DNA of 64,000 nucleotides. Origin: Mobula hypostoma (taxonomy: Eukaryota). The number at the start of each line of letters is the position of its first letter. The first letter of the stretch is position 1. The notes below the pieces were generated by a model. That model did not search any database. It saw only the letters and a list, made by a program, of their open reading frames with translations, and had not been told where the DNA came from. A program made the position numbers and the translations under genes. Location of the stretch: NCBI RefSeq assembly GCF_963921235.1, contig NC_086097.1, positions 97,404,001-97,468,000 on the forward strand, read 5' to 3'. Positions 11,626-23,395 of the stretch are shown here, in pieces.

Positions 11626-13707
11626 ATGGAGATTGAGGAATTTCTAAAGGCACTAACCTTGGAAGCATTAGAGGATGCCAGGAAATCAGAATTGGCAACT
11701 GTTGCCAAATGGTTGAATCTTTTTAAGGGGAAGCCGACAATGAGGAGAGCGGAGATGCACAGAGCTATCATTGAGCATTATGTATCTGAAGGTGTGTTTC
11801 CCCACAGGGAGCTGGAGGTGGTGTCTATGAGCAAACCTGGTGGAGAAGCAGTGCACCTGCAGATGGAAAAATTGAGACTCGAGCACGAGTTCCGGGTAAG
11901 GCAGTTAGAACGAGAAGAGAGAGAGAAACAGAGGGAAAGAGAATTTAAGCTGGAGAAGTTAAGGATGACGCTAGCGCAGGGCCCCATGCCGAACCAAGGT
12001 GGAGGGTTCAGGGCGACCCAGGAGGTTAGGCTGGTTCCCCCATTTGAGGAGGCCGATGTTGATCAGTACTTTCTACATTTTGAAAAAGTCACTGCAAGTC
12101 AGGACTGGCCGAGGGATAAGTGGGCTGTTTTGCTTCAGAGCATACTTAAAGAAAAAGCTCAGCAAGCTTACTCGGCATTGTCCGCAGAAGATGCCCAGAG
12201 GTATGATGTGGTGAAAGAGGCGATACTCAGGATTTATGAGTTGGTCCCAGAGGCATACCGGCAGAGGTTCCGGAATGTGAGGAAGCAGTGGGGCCGCACG
12301 TATTTAGAGTTTGCCCGTGAAATGCAGATGTATTGTGAGCGTTGGTGCGCCTCGAAAGGGGTCAGTGGAGATTATGACAGACTGCTACAGCTAATACTGA
12401 TTGAGCAATTTAAAGGTTGTGTCCCTGAAGGTATGAGGCCCTATCTAGATGAGAAAGAGGCAGAAACCTTAGCCGCAACTGCTAAGTTAGCAGATGAGTA
12501 CGCTTTGACACAGAAAGCAAAGTTTACCCCGAGTAAAAGCTATCAGAAGAGTAGTCAAGAGGGCGGAGAGAGTCCACCAGAAAAGCCAGAAAGTAAGCCG
12601 GGGACTAGTGAGAAGGATAAGGAAGACAGGAAGCAGTTTGGTAGGAAGTCTCCTGGGGTCATATGCTATAATTGTGGGAAAGCCAGTCACTTTGCGTCCA
12701 GGTGTTTTGCCCCAAAGAAGGAGACGGGGAAAGGAAAAACGACGACTCCGACTGGCTGTATTGAGCTGGCAAACAAACCGCTAGGGGAGAAGAGGTCTGA
12801 TAGAGTTCAGGAAGGGCGCGAGAGGTTTATTTCGACCAGATTGGTGTCGGTGAAGGAGGGGTTAAGCCCGGTTCCCGTACAGATCTGGAGAGACACTGGG
12901 GCTTGTCAGTCACTGACCTTAAGGAGTGTTTTAGACTTTAGTTCAGAGACCGATACTGGGGAGGTCAGTGTGATAAAGGGCATTGGGAAAGGGACTGAAG
13001 CAGTACCTTTGCACCAGATACACCTAAAAAGTGACTTGGTCTCTGGACCGGTCACGATAGGGGTGAGGCCCGAACTACCGATGGAAGACGTGGAGGTCTT
13101 ACTCGGTAATGACCTCACCGGCGGAGAGGTGTACCCAGCAGTAATAGTGACAAGCAAACCTGCCAGGATTGAAGACCCGCCCATAGCCTCACAGGTTTAT
13201 CCCATTTGCGCAGTGACTCGGCACATGTCCAGAAAGGCTGCCAAAGCGAATGTAGATTTAGCTGAGATGTTTTTACCAGCCTTGTACCAGGAGGGGTTAG
13301 AAAGTGAGAAGAAGGAGCATAGTAGAGCGGAAGGAAGTGAGGGAGTTGAGGTAGATTTATCATTAGCGAGGAAAGAATTTATACAGGCACAGGAACGAGA
13401 TGAGGAGCTGATGGTTTTGACAGAGACAGCTCTCTCTGAAGCAGAATTAAAAAGGGAGCCAATGGGCTATTATGTGAAGGAGGGAGTACTAATGAGGAAA
13501 TGGAGACCAAGTACCGTGCCCACAGATGAGGAGTGGGGGGTGGTGCACCAGATGGTAGTGTTGAAAATTTATAGGGACGAGATTTTTAACCTGGCCCACA
13601 AGATACCCATCGTTGGACATTTTGGGGTAAGGAAGACAGTCGACAGAATTATGAAAGAGTTTTACTGGCCGAACATGAGGAAAGATATTGTTGAATATTG
13701 TAGGTGA
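11626..13707 (+). CDS. Gmr1-like Gag-protease-integrase N-terminal polyprotein (693 aa, ends at a premature stop)
   Basis: SCAN-like capsid segment PEAYRQRFR...EQF...AKLADEY, CCHC knuckle CYNCGKASHFASRC, protease RDTGA, integrase AH...GHFG...YWPNM. Confidence 0.85.
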   Translation: MEIEEFLKALTLEALEDARKSELATVAKWLNLFKGKPTMRRAEMHRAIIEHYVSEGVFPHRELEVVSMSKPGGEAVHLQMEKLRLEHEFRVRQLEREEREKQREREFKLEKLRMTLAQGPMPNQGGGFRATQEVRLVPPFEEADVDQYFLHFEKVTASQDWPRDKWAVLLQSILKEKAQQAYSALSAEDAQRYDVVKEAILRIYELVPEAYRQRFRNVRKQWGRTYLEFAREMQMYCERWCASKGVSGDYDRLLQLILIEQFKGCVPEGMRPYLDEKEAETLAATAKLADEYALTQKAKFTPSKSYQKSSQEGGESPPEKPESKPGTSEKDKEDRKQFGRKSPGVICYNCGKASHFASRCFAPKKETGKGKTTTPTGCIELANKPLGEKRSDRVQEGRERFISTRLVSVKEGLSPVPVQIWRDTGACQSLTLRSVLDFSSETDTGEVSVIKGIGKGTEAVPLHQIHLKSDLVSGPVTIGVRPELPMEDVEVLLGNDLTGGEVYPAVIVTSKPARIEDPPIASQVYPICAVTRHMSRKAAKANVDLAEMFLPALYQEGLESEKKEHSRAEGSEGVEVDLSLARKEFIQAQERDEELMVLTETALSEAELKREPMGYYVKEGVLMRKWRPSTVPTDEEWGVVHQMVVLKIYRDEIFNLAHKIPIVGHFGVRKTVDRIMKEFYWPNMRKDIVEYCR

Positions 13708-16078
13708 TGTCATTTATGTCAGGTGCTAGGAAAGCCGAACCAGGTCCTGCCTAAAGCGCCCCTTCGACCAATACCCACTTTCGGGGAACCTTTTTCCCGA
13801 ATAATTGTGGATTTTGTCGGTCCCCTGCCCAGAACTGCGAGTGGACGAGAGTATGTGATGACTATGATGTGCGCCGCCACCAGGTTCCCGGAGGCTGTGC
13901 CCCTGGCAAGCGTCAAGGCTCCCGCAGTGGTAAAGGCGCTTGTGAAATTTTTCACTACGGTGGGGCTGCCCAGGGAAATCCAGTCAGATCAGGGGAGTGT
14001 CTTCACATCTCACACATTCTGACGGATGTTGGATGAGATGGGACCAAAGCAGATTTGGCCTCCGCGTACCACCCAGAGTCCCAAGGGGCGTTGGAAAGAT
14101 TCCACGCAACATTAAAGACCATGATTAAAATTTACTGTCAAGAGATCGCTAGGGGCTGGGATGATGCCTTGCCTCTTCTGCTATTTGCCGTAAGGGACAC
14201 GGTTCAGGAGTCACTGGGGTTCAGCCCATTTGAGCTTGTCTTCAGTCATCAGCCCAGAGGCCCCCTGACCTTACTGAAAGAGCAATGGTCCAGTCTGGCA
14301 GTCCAAGTCAATGTGATTGATTATGTTTTAAAATTTTGTGAGAGGCTTAAAAGGATCTGTGACCTTGCCAAAGAAAATCTACGACACTCCCAAACTAAAA
14401 TGAAACAATGGTATGATAGGCGTGCCCGTGAACAAGTGTTTCAAGTGGGCGATTGGGTCTTAGTTATGTTCCCAGAGGTAACCAACTCCCTCTACATGAG
14501 ATTCCACGGTCCGTACAAAGTGATTAAAAAGATAGACTCTTTGAACTACGTTATCGAAACCCTGGACAGGCGTAAGCCCACACAATTGGTACACATTAAC
14601 ATGTTAAAAGCCTACCACAATCAGAAAGCAGATCTAGTTGGTGTTATCATGAAAATTAATGAGACTGGGGTGTCAAATGATAAGGGGAAAACCCATCTTG
14701 AAAAGATAAATATGATGCCGACCAGATTGGAGAACTCTATTGTTTTGGCCAATTTTGCTGATAAGGTCTCTCACCTAACCCCTGAACAGAGCGAGCCGCT
14801 GATAAAGCTAATTAACCGGCATGCAGACGTATGTCCCGATGTCCCGAGGCGATGCAAAGGCGATCTTGTTGTCACCTCAGACCAGCCTATTAAACAACAC
14901 CCCTATAGGATGAACTTGCAGAAGGGTAAGCTAGTGGAGAAAGAAGTTGAACACATGCTAGCCACAGATATTATTAGGCCATCCAAATCAGAATGGGCGT
15001 CCCCCTGTGTGGTTGTTCCGAAAGTCGATGGGAGCGTACGATTCTGTACAGGTTACAGAAAAATGAACGCCATCACAAAAGCTGATGCGTACCCCATCCC
15101 AAGGGTAGACGATTGCATCGATAAAGTGGGGAGAGCTAAGTACATCACAAAGATCGATTTGCTGAAAGGGTACTGGTGCGTTCCTTTAACCGACTGGGCT
15201 AGAGAAATCTCAGCATTTGTCACTCCATCCGAGTTATACGAGTATAATGTTTTACCTTTTGGCATGAAAAACGCGCAGAAGCGTATATTGACGATTTAGT
15301 GGTCTGGAGTGACACGTGGGAGGAGCACATTGTGGAAATGTTTAAACAGCTGTTTGAAGCCAGCCTGACAGTGAACCTCGCAAAAAGTGAATTCGGCCAC
15401 ACGAAGGTCACTTATCTGGGGTATGTACTAGGACAGGGGCAGCTGGCACCGATGCAGGCTAAGGTGCAGGCTATCTCTGAAGTTCCCATCCCTACGGACA
15501 AGAGAGCCCTGAGAAGGTTCTTGGGGATGGTGGGGTACTATCGGAAGTTTTGCAAAAGCTTTGCGGATATTACCCTCTCTCTTACTAAGCTCTTGCCAAA
15601 GAACACGAAGTTTGTGTGGGACGACCTTTGTCAACAGGCCTTTGAGAGTCTGAAGGCGATTCTGTGTCACCGTCCTGTGCTGAATGCACCTGACTTTTCA
15701 AAACCCTTCTCCTTAGCAACAAATACTAACGACGAAGCAGCCAGGGCGGTGCTGTTACAGACAGACAAAGAGGGGGTTGACCACCCAGTGGCTTATTTCT
15801 CTAAGAAATTTAATACCCATCAGGGAAATTATTCCACTGTGGAGAAGGAATTACTGGCCGTCATACTAGCATTACAACATTTTGAGGTTTATATTTGTCC
15901 GGCACGGAAACCATTGATAATTTACACTGATCACAACCCATTAGTGTTTTTGGCCACAATGAAGGATAAAAACAAAAGGTTACTAAGTTGGAGCCTGGTC
16001 TTACAGGAATTTGATATTAAAATAAAACATATAAAAGGAACGGACAATGTGATTGCTGACTGTCTGTCAAGGTGTTGA
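13708..16078 (+). pseudogene. pol: Gmr1-like integrase core, RT and RNase H (frameshifted, with a deletion in RT)
   Basis: VDFVGPLP, SDQGS, YHPESQGALERF, then KQHPYR, WASPCVVVPK, DLLKGYW, PFGMKNA joined almost directly to YIDD, then EKELLAV, TDHNPL, IADCLSR. Confidence 0.9.
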
Positions 16079-16187
16079 AACTTAAAGTTCTCTGTATTAG
16101 CCGAATAGCTGATGACTACCTATATATTAGTGTGTATCTAATAATGTGCATTCATGCCCATGATTTTTACCCTGGTAAAAATCCTTT

Positions 16188-16199
16188 GAAGGGTAGGGG
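16188..16199 (+). promoter_or_regulatory. Polypurine tract
   Basis: GAAGGGTAGGGG directly before the 3' LTR. Confidence 0.8.
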
Positions 16200-17035
16200 T
16201 GTGACGCCAAACAAAGCTATCGGACGATTGATGCTAATGAGAGAGATAAGAGAGACAATGGAGAAACGTTCAAAATGCTAATAAGAGAGGAGAGAGGGAT
16301 TAACGGAAAAGAAACACAATTCAGAATATTGACAGACCAGTTGCTTTGAACCTGAACTGTTTGAAGTTTGATGGATAGGCGATACCCCAACAGGGGGATA
16401 AAAAGAACAGGTTCGCTAAGGCACGGGACACCACGAGACCATGAGATAACGAGACCCTGGAAAGAACGGTGTGCCCCCACAAGTTGGTGGGAGTTTGGAG
16501 GTCCGATTCACGGGAACCAACCATAGACTCACAGGGTGTAAAGGTACGATCAGTGGGAACCTGGAGCGTGTGTCCGCCCTTGCCTGGGTGCCGGGTTCAC
16601 CGCGGAAGAACTATCGTATCCAGAATGGAGGAGTCACAGTGAGTGACCACAGCGGAATAGAAGACATCAAAAAGGGTCTGCCGGAAACCAACTGTGAAGA
16701 CACCAAAAGGTCTGACTGAACCACATTGCATCCCCCCCACCCTCCAACGGCACCACAGTGATTACTGCGAACTGTACTAAGCTGACCTGAACTCTGCGTC
16801 ACTTGAGACTGATCATTTTACCCCTAGACTGCGATAGAGCTTGGTTGATCTCTATTACCCTAGTTCTGTGTACGTGTCTGTATTATCATTGCTAACCTGT
16901 TACATTTATATCCTTATGATTAGAGTACTGTGTTACTTATTTCTTTAATAAAACTTTATTAATTCCTAGTAATCCAGACTTCAATGAGTGTTCCATTTCT
17001 GCTGGTTTGGCAACCCAGTTATGGGGTACGTAATG
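16200..17035 (+). repeat. 3' LTR of the Gmr1-like element
   Basis: Direct repeat of 10693-11526; terminal CA degraded to TG. Confidence 0.93.
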
Positions 17036-19374
17036 CACTGTACACTAAACAAATTAGGGGAGAAAACACACCCTCGTCTAATGCCACTCTTGATTTTCGT
17101 TAACTGACTCACTTCTCCATCTATTCTTACAGCAGCAGTTTGTTCCCAATACAGATTTCCCCTTAGAATACTTCCCAATAATTTGCCCAATACTGACATC
17201 AGGCTCACCAGACTATAATTTCCCAACTTATTCTTACAGCCTTTCTTGAACAACAGAACAACATTAGCTATCCTCCAGTTCTTTGGCACCTCACATAGGG
17301 ACATTTTAAATACCTCTGCCAGAGCCCCTACAACTTCTGCATTAGTCTCCCACAAGAATCAAAGGGCCACCTTGTCAAGCCCTGGAGTCTTAGTCACTCT
17401 AATTTGCCTCATGATAGCAAACACCACCTCTTCTGTAATCCCTCTATGGTCCATGACCCCACTGCTGTTTTGCATCAGTTCTAAACTCTGTGTCCATCTC
17501 ATGAGTAAATACAAATGCAAAAAATCTATTTAAGGTCTCCCCCATCTCTTTTGGCTCCACGCATAGATGACCATGCTAATCTTCAAGTGGACCAATTTTG
17601 TCCCTTGATATAATTTTGCTCTTAATATATTTGTAGAAATCCTTGGCATTCTCCTTCACCTTGGCTGCCAGAGCAACCTCATGCCTTCTTTCTTGACATA
17701 TGATGCTGTGGGCATCACTGAATTGTGGCTGAAAGAAGACTATAGCTGGGAGCTTAATGTCCAAGTGTACACATTCTATTCCTTATACTTCTCAAGTACC
17801 TCATTGGTTCTTTGCTGCCTATATCTGCTATGCACTTCCTTCATCTTCTTAACCAGGGCATCATTATCCCTCGAAAACCAAGACTCCCTAAAACATTTAC
17901 CCTTGTCTTTTATTCTAACAGGAACATATAAATTCCGTACTCTCAAAATTTGACTTTTGAAGGCCTCCCATTTAACAAACATCTCTTTGCCAGAAAACAA
18001 CATATCCCGATCCACACTTGCCAAATCCTTTCTGGTGCCATCAAAGTTGGCCTTTCTCCAATTTAGAATCTCAATGCAAGAACCAGGCAATCCTTCTCCA
18101 TAAATATTTTGAAGCTAATGGAATTATGATCACTAAATCCAAAGAGTTCCCCTAAACACACTTCTGTCACCTGTCCTTTCTTGTTCCATGAAAGGAGATC
18201 AAGTATCACGCTCTGTCTAGCTGGGACGTCTATATATTGATTAAGAAAACTTCCCTAAACTTATTTGACAAAACTCTATCCTTTCCATTCCTTCTACAAT
18301 ATGGAGTTCTAGTCAATATGTGGAAAGTTAAGTTCACTTGCTGTCACAACCTTATTTTTCTTGCAACTGTCTGCTTTCTCTCTACAAATTCACTCTGCTA
18401 AATGCCACCAGCTATTGGTTGTCTATAATATAATCCCATTAATGTGGTCTTCCTTTACTTATGCCTCAGTTCCACACATATAGTCTCAGCAGAGGAGCCC
18501 TCAAGTCTGTAAAAGAGGAAGAGGAGTTGCCACCCCTGCCCCATTAATGCCTCGCCCTCAATCACATCTAAAACAATGAGACCCCGGAATATTGAGCTGC
18601 CAGTCCTGCTCCTCCTGCAACCAAATCTCACTAATGGCTACAATGTCATAATTCCATGTGCTGATCCATGCTCCAAGCTTATCTGCTGTATGTACAATAC
18701 TTCCTTCAATGAAATAGATGCAACTTTGAACACTATTCCACCATGATCAACCTTTCAATCCTTGCCATTGCATGTAGGATAAACATCATCTTTTCTCACA
18801 ACCACTCCACTATCTGCTTTGGCACTCTCATTCTCGTCCTCCTGTAACTCTATTTTAAACCCCTGGAGCAGCACGAGCAAACTTCCTGCAAGGGTATTGT
18901 TCCCCTCCAGTTCATTTGCAACTGTCCTGTCTGTGCAGGCCTCGCCTGTCCTGGAAGCAAGCTCAATGATCCAAAACTCTGAAGCCCTCCCTCCTGCACC
19001 ATCTCCTGAGTTAAGTGTTAAACTGTATGATCTTCTTATTTCCGGCCTCACTGGCATGTGACACAGGAAGCAATCCTGAGATCACATCCCTGGAGGTCAC
19101 GTCCTTTAACCTAGCACCTAATCTCCTGAACTCACTTTATACCCTTCTTGCCTCTGTCGTTGGTACTGAGGTGGATTACAACTTCTGTCTTCTAACCCAT
19201 CCCTTAAGAACGTTATGGACTCGATCCAAGATGGTCCCTGGCACCAGTGAGGCAACATACCCTACGGGAATCTTGTTCTTGTCCACAGGACCGCCTGTCT
19301 GTTTCTCCCAACCATTGAATCCCCTACCCCTACTGCGTGCCTCTTCTCCCCACTTCCCTTGTGAGTCACTGTGA

Positions 19375-19645
19375 TTTATTTTGCAATACAACACGGAGTA
19401 GTCCCTTCTGGCCCATCGAGCCGTGCTGCCCCGGCAACCCCAAAACCCAGGTTAACCCTATCCTGATCACAGGACAATTTACAATTGCCACGGTCCGTCT
19501 GGACTGTGGGAGGATGCCGGAGCACTCAGGGAGAGCTTGCGCATTCCACGGGGAGACTCCTTACAGAATGGCGTTGGTATTGAACTCCAGGCTCTGAAAT
19601 GCTCCGAACTGTAACAGTGTTTCACTAACCACTACACTACCATGA
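19375..19645 (-). mobile_element. V-SINE/HE1-like SINE
   Basis: Reverse complement of the V-SINE core GTGCTCCGG...CTCCCACAGTCCA; A-rich tail. Confidence 0.65.
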
Positions 19646-20049
19646 CACCTTCCTCTAAGAGTGATGTATACCTTTAAAGCTGAAAGGAAAGGTGTCTGTT
19701 CCACATATGGTGAAGTGAAAATTTCCTTGTACTTTCTGGCCAGCGGCAAATGCCTCAGGATGAAGATGCCAAGCGCCACAGTTTGTCAGGGAATTTCATT
19801 GACTGGCTTCCTTAGTGCACTTCCTGAGACTCCTGTTGCCTTTAGGATTAGAGCACTGGTGGCTGAGATGTTTAGGGGCAGAGATTAAGTCTACACCTGG
19901 AATATACTGGGCTGGACTTAACAAAACTTTTAGAGCATAGATACAACAGAAGCACAAAGCCAGGCTCTGTCCTGCTATGCGTTTTTCCCATATGCCAGAT
20001 TTAATAAAAATCTATCCACAGTCACTGCAATCAGCACAAGGGTTGGGGT

Positions 20050-20600
20050 GGCATGCTGACGCTCTACATGCTGATGTTAAGAGCACACTCAGAGTACGGT
20101 GTACAATTCTAGTTGACCAGCTGAAGAAAGGATGGGATTAAGCTGGGAAGGGTGTAGAAAGGATTGACTAGGATACTGCCAGGACTGACAGCTTGAGTTA
20201 CAATGAGAGACAGGATAGACTGGGGCTGTTTTCTCTGGAGTGAATGAGAACTAGGGAAGACCTTATAGAGTTATATACAATAATGATAAGTGCAATAAGC
20301 ACAATCTTTGCCCCATGTTTAAAACCAGGTTTAAGAAGAGAGGGGAAAGATTTAAAGGGGATCTGAAAGACAAAATTTTCACACATAAGGTGGTGGATAT
20401 ATGGAAATAACTGCCAAAGAAAGTGGCAGGTACAATTACAATGCTTAAGAGCTATTTGGACAGGTATATGGATAGAAATTGTTTAGAGTGATTTGGGCTA
20501 AACAGAGACAAATAGGACTAGCTCAGGTAGAAACCTTGATCAGCAAAGACGTGTTGGGCAAGACAGCTTTTTTTATGCTGTATAGTTCTGACTCTATGGC
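20050..20600 (+). mobile_element. Decayed CR1 3' end
   Basis: Relics of RPHLEYCVQFW/LFSLE and a (CTCTATG)-like tail. Confidence 0.6.
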
Positions 20601-21223
20601 ACTTACCAATTCACAAAACAATAGCATTTCTGGAAAATGTTTCATTAGTAAAATTCTGTAACTGAGTGAGTTTCATCTTACTGCTTTTGTGCTGGTGTGT
20701 GATGGGAAGAGGTGGCTCTTTGAACCCAGTGATAAACACCTGATTGAGTCGAAGGTGAAACAGTAAAATATCATGAATCAATGAAATTTACCTTTAGCTG
20801 TTTTAACCAGTGGTTTCATGGCCCTTCTAGCTGTGTAAATTATGAATCTCTGTAATATGTTTCTGATATCATGTATTACTTTTGTCTACTGAAAGATGAA
20901 GTAACTGAGCCATGGGAATCATGGAGAAAGGTTCTACAGTGGCCTTTTTCATTGTGTGAATGATCTCAAGTTGATAGAGAGCGACCTTCACCCTCTCTTA
21001 GTGTGAGGCACATGCGGTCCCTGATTAAATCAGAGATGGTAAGGACCTGCTGTCAATGCTGACTGATCTCAATTCACACAATACCATTCTGCTCGTTATT
21101 CCAACCACTGCCCAAACCAGGTTCATTTAAAATAGCTGAAATGATCCACAGGCCACCGGAGAATGGGTCCCATTTCACCTTCTGAATAACCTCGGGGCTT
21201 AGAAAAGTTAAAGAAAGGCTTAC

Positions 21224-21293
21224 CCAAATCTCCTTGACAGATGTCAGTCCTTGAGGCTCCACCGATGATGAACTTTGGATTCTCACAGAGTTC
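21224..21293 (-). CDS. capn3: Calpain-3 exon 2 (70 bp; [24 protein letters not shown])
   Basis: Pyrimidine-rich acceptor ttttctttccttgttAG and donor GTAAGC; peptide matches calpain [24 protein letters not shown] just before the catalytic Cys exon; same length as mammalian CAPN3 exon 2 as I recall it. Confidence 0.95.
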
Positions 21294-21949
21294 CTAACAA
21301 GGAAAGAAAATATGATTACCCTGGCCTGTCAGCAATGAAAATATTTACTTCACTCAAATATTTCACACTTCACTTTGCAAAATAATCATCCATATTGCTA
21401 ACATGGCCACCAAGTTAATTTCTTTTTATACTCTCTTATGACTGAGCTATAAATTTTAATCAGATTATCATTCAAAACTACAAGAACAATGCATGAAGAC
21501 TACTGATATTGAGTACATTTCATCAGGCCCGTGCCTGCTCTCAGGGCAGCAATTCCTTCAATCCATTCCCTGGACTCCTGCAATTTACTCTGTCTGCACG
21601 TGATCTCTCCGTTGACTCATTCTGCAATTAACTAACAGTAAAGAATTATTTAAAGAAGCCAATTAATCTACCAGTATATCTTGGGTAGATTAATTATGTA
21701 CATTTACTTTAGAGGAAACTGCAGCACCCAGGACAAATTAATGTAATCACAGTGCACACTAAACAGACAATCCCGGAGGCTGGATTTGAACTTGGGATCC
21801 CCGGAGCTTTGTGGCAGCAGCTCTATCTACTGCATCACTATGCTTTTATCCCACTTGAGTCCCACTCTTTTTATAGAATAGAATTAGATTGACAGACATG
21901 AGACAAGTATTACTGGATCACAAGCAAGTTCAAAATTCAAAGTAAATTG

Positions 21950-22900
21950 ATTACCAAAGTAGATATTTGTCACAAAATGCAACCCTGAGATTCATTTTCT
22001 TGCAGGCATACTCAATAAATCCATAACAGAATAATAGCAACTATAACAGAATTAACGAAAGACCACACCAACTTGGGCCTTCAACCAGTCTGCAAAAGAC
22101 AACAAACTGTGCAAATACAAAAAAAAAGAAATAATAATAATAAATAATTAACTAAGCAATAAATATCAATAACATGAAGTGAAGGGTTATAGGTTGTGGG
22201 AACATTTCAATGGCTGGGGAAGTGAAGTTGAGTGAAGTTATCCTATTTGGTTGAAGAGCCTGGTGGTTGAGGGGTAATCACTGTTCCTGAACCTGGTGGT
22301 GGGAGTCCTGAGGCTCCTGTACCTCTTTCCTGATGGCAGCAGTGAGAAGAGAACATGTCCTGGGAGGCGGAGGTCTCTGATGATGGATGTTGCTTTGCTG
22401 CGACAATGTTTTGTGTAGATGTGCTCAATGGTGGGGAGGGCTTTCACCGTGATGGACTGGACCATATCCGCTACTTTTTGCAAGGTTTTCCATTCAAGGG
22501 AATTGTTGTTTCCACAACAGCCTGCGATGCAGCCAGTCAATATACTCTCCAGCACACATTTATAGAAATTTGTCATAGTTTTAAATGTCATGCCAAATGT
22601 TCTTAAACTCCTAATGAGTAGAGAGACTGTTGTGCGTTCCTTGTGATAACACTTCCATGCTGGACCCAGAACGGGTCCGGTCCTCTGAATTGAGAACACT
22701 GATGAATCTAAAGTTGCTGACCCTCTCCACCTCTGATCCTCCGAGGAGGACTGGCTCCTGGACCTCTGGTTTCCTCCTGCTGCAGTCAATAATCAGCTCC
22801 TTGGTCTTGCTAACATTGAGTAGGAGGTTGTTGCTGTGGCACCACTCAGCCAGGTTTTCAGTCTCCATCCTATACGCTGATTTGTCAGCACCTTTGATTT
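21950..22900 (-). mobile_element. Rex1/Babar-type LINE 3' portion
   Basis: EWCHSNNLLLNVSKTKELIID, ESILTGCI, LLPSGKRYRS, RFRNS. Confidence 0.8.
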
Positions 22901-23089
22901 GGATTTAGATAGGCACTGTTGCTGATGATAGAAAATTAAATATTAACAGATCAACTAATACTAGATAATGCAAATTTTAAAATTCCTGCAGATACTGAAA
23001 ATCCAAAATAAAAAGAGAAAATGTCTGAAACATTCAGGGGATCAGGTAACACATACTGGAGAGAGAAACAGAATTATCCAGATGCATCA

Positions 23090-23395
23090 CAGTGTCACAG
23101 TAGTGTAGCAGCTAACGTGATGCTATCACAGCTCTAGGCATTGGAGTTCAGCATTCAGTCCCAGCATCCTCTGTAAAGAGTTTGTACATCCACCCTGTGG
23201 AATGTGTGCGTTTCCTCCGGGTGCTCCGGTTTCCTCCCACAGTGCAAAGACGTACCAGTTAGTAGATTAATTGGTCACTGTAAACTGTCCCGTGATTATA
23301 CTGACGTTAAACTGGGGTTGCTGGCAATGTGTCTTCAAGAGCCAGAAGAGCCTATTCCAAGCTGTATCTTCCAATAACTAAAAAATAAAATAAAC
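23090..23395 (+). mobile_element. V-SINE/HE1-like SINE
   Basis: tRNA-like head; core TTTCCTCCGGGTGCTCCGGTTTCCTCCCACAG at about 23210-23242; A-rich tail. Confidence 0.75.

Larger units (their letters stand above)
10693..17035 (+). mobile_element. Full-length but defective Gmr1-like Gypsy LTR retrotransposon (gag-PR-IN-RT-RH)
   Basis: Two ~835-bp LTRs, PBS, PPT, imperfect 4-bp TSD (CATT 10689-10692, CACT 17036-17039); integrase lies upstream of RT. Confidence 0.95.
9837..17158 (-). mobile_element. 5'-truncated RTE-clade LINE, interrupted by the Gmr1-type LTR element
   Basis: RYADDTVLIA, QNFCYLGS and EAAEMWFLRR motifs; (GAT)n tail at 9837-9850; 11-bp TSD CCCCTTAGAAT at 9826-9836 and 17159-17169; RTE resumes at 17036-17158. 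Confidence 0.9.
5770..19370 (-). mobile_element. Old CR1 LINE split into three pieces (about 5770-5908, 8946-9825, 17170-19370) by younger insertions
   Basis: CR1 RT/EN-like segments appear to rejoin across the insertions; WRIANVVLLFKKG at 17220-17280; the RTE insertion point is marked by an 11-bp TSD. Confidence 0.65.

Noticed and set aside
13500..16078. Copia/Ty1 assignment based on IN-before-RT order
   Set aside because: RT, RH and IN motifs (PFGMKNA, YIDD, VDFVGPLP, TDHNPL) are Gypsy-type; the order is explained by the Gmr1 lineage
19650..21200. Calpain-3 exon 3 (catalytic Cys, DCW.LAA)
   Set aside because: No matching codons on the minus strand; it probably lies beyond the window start
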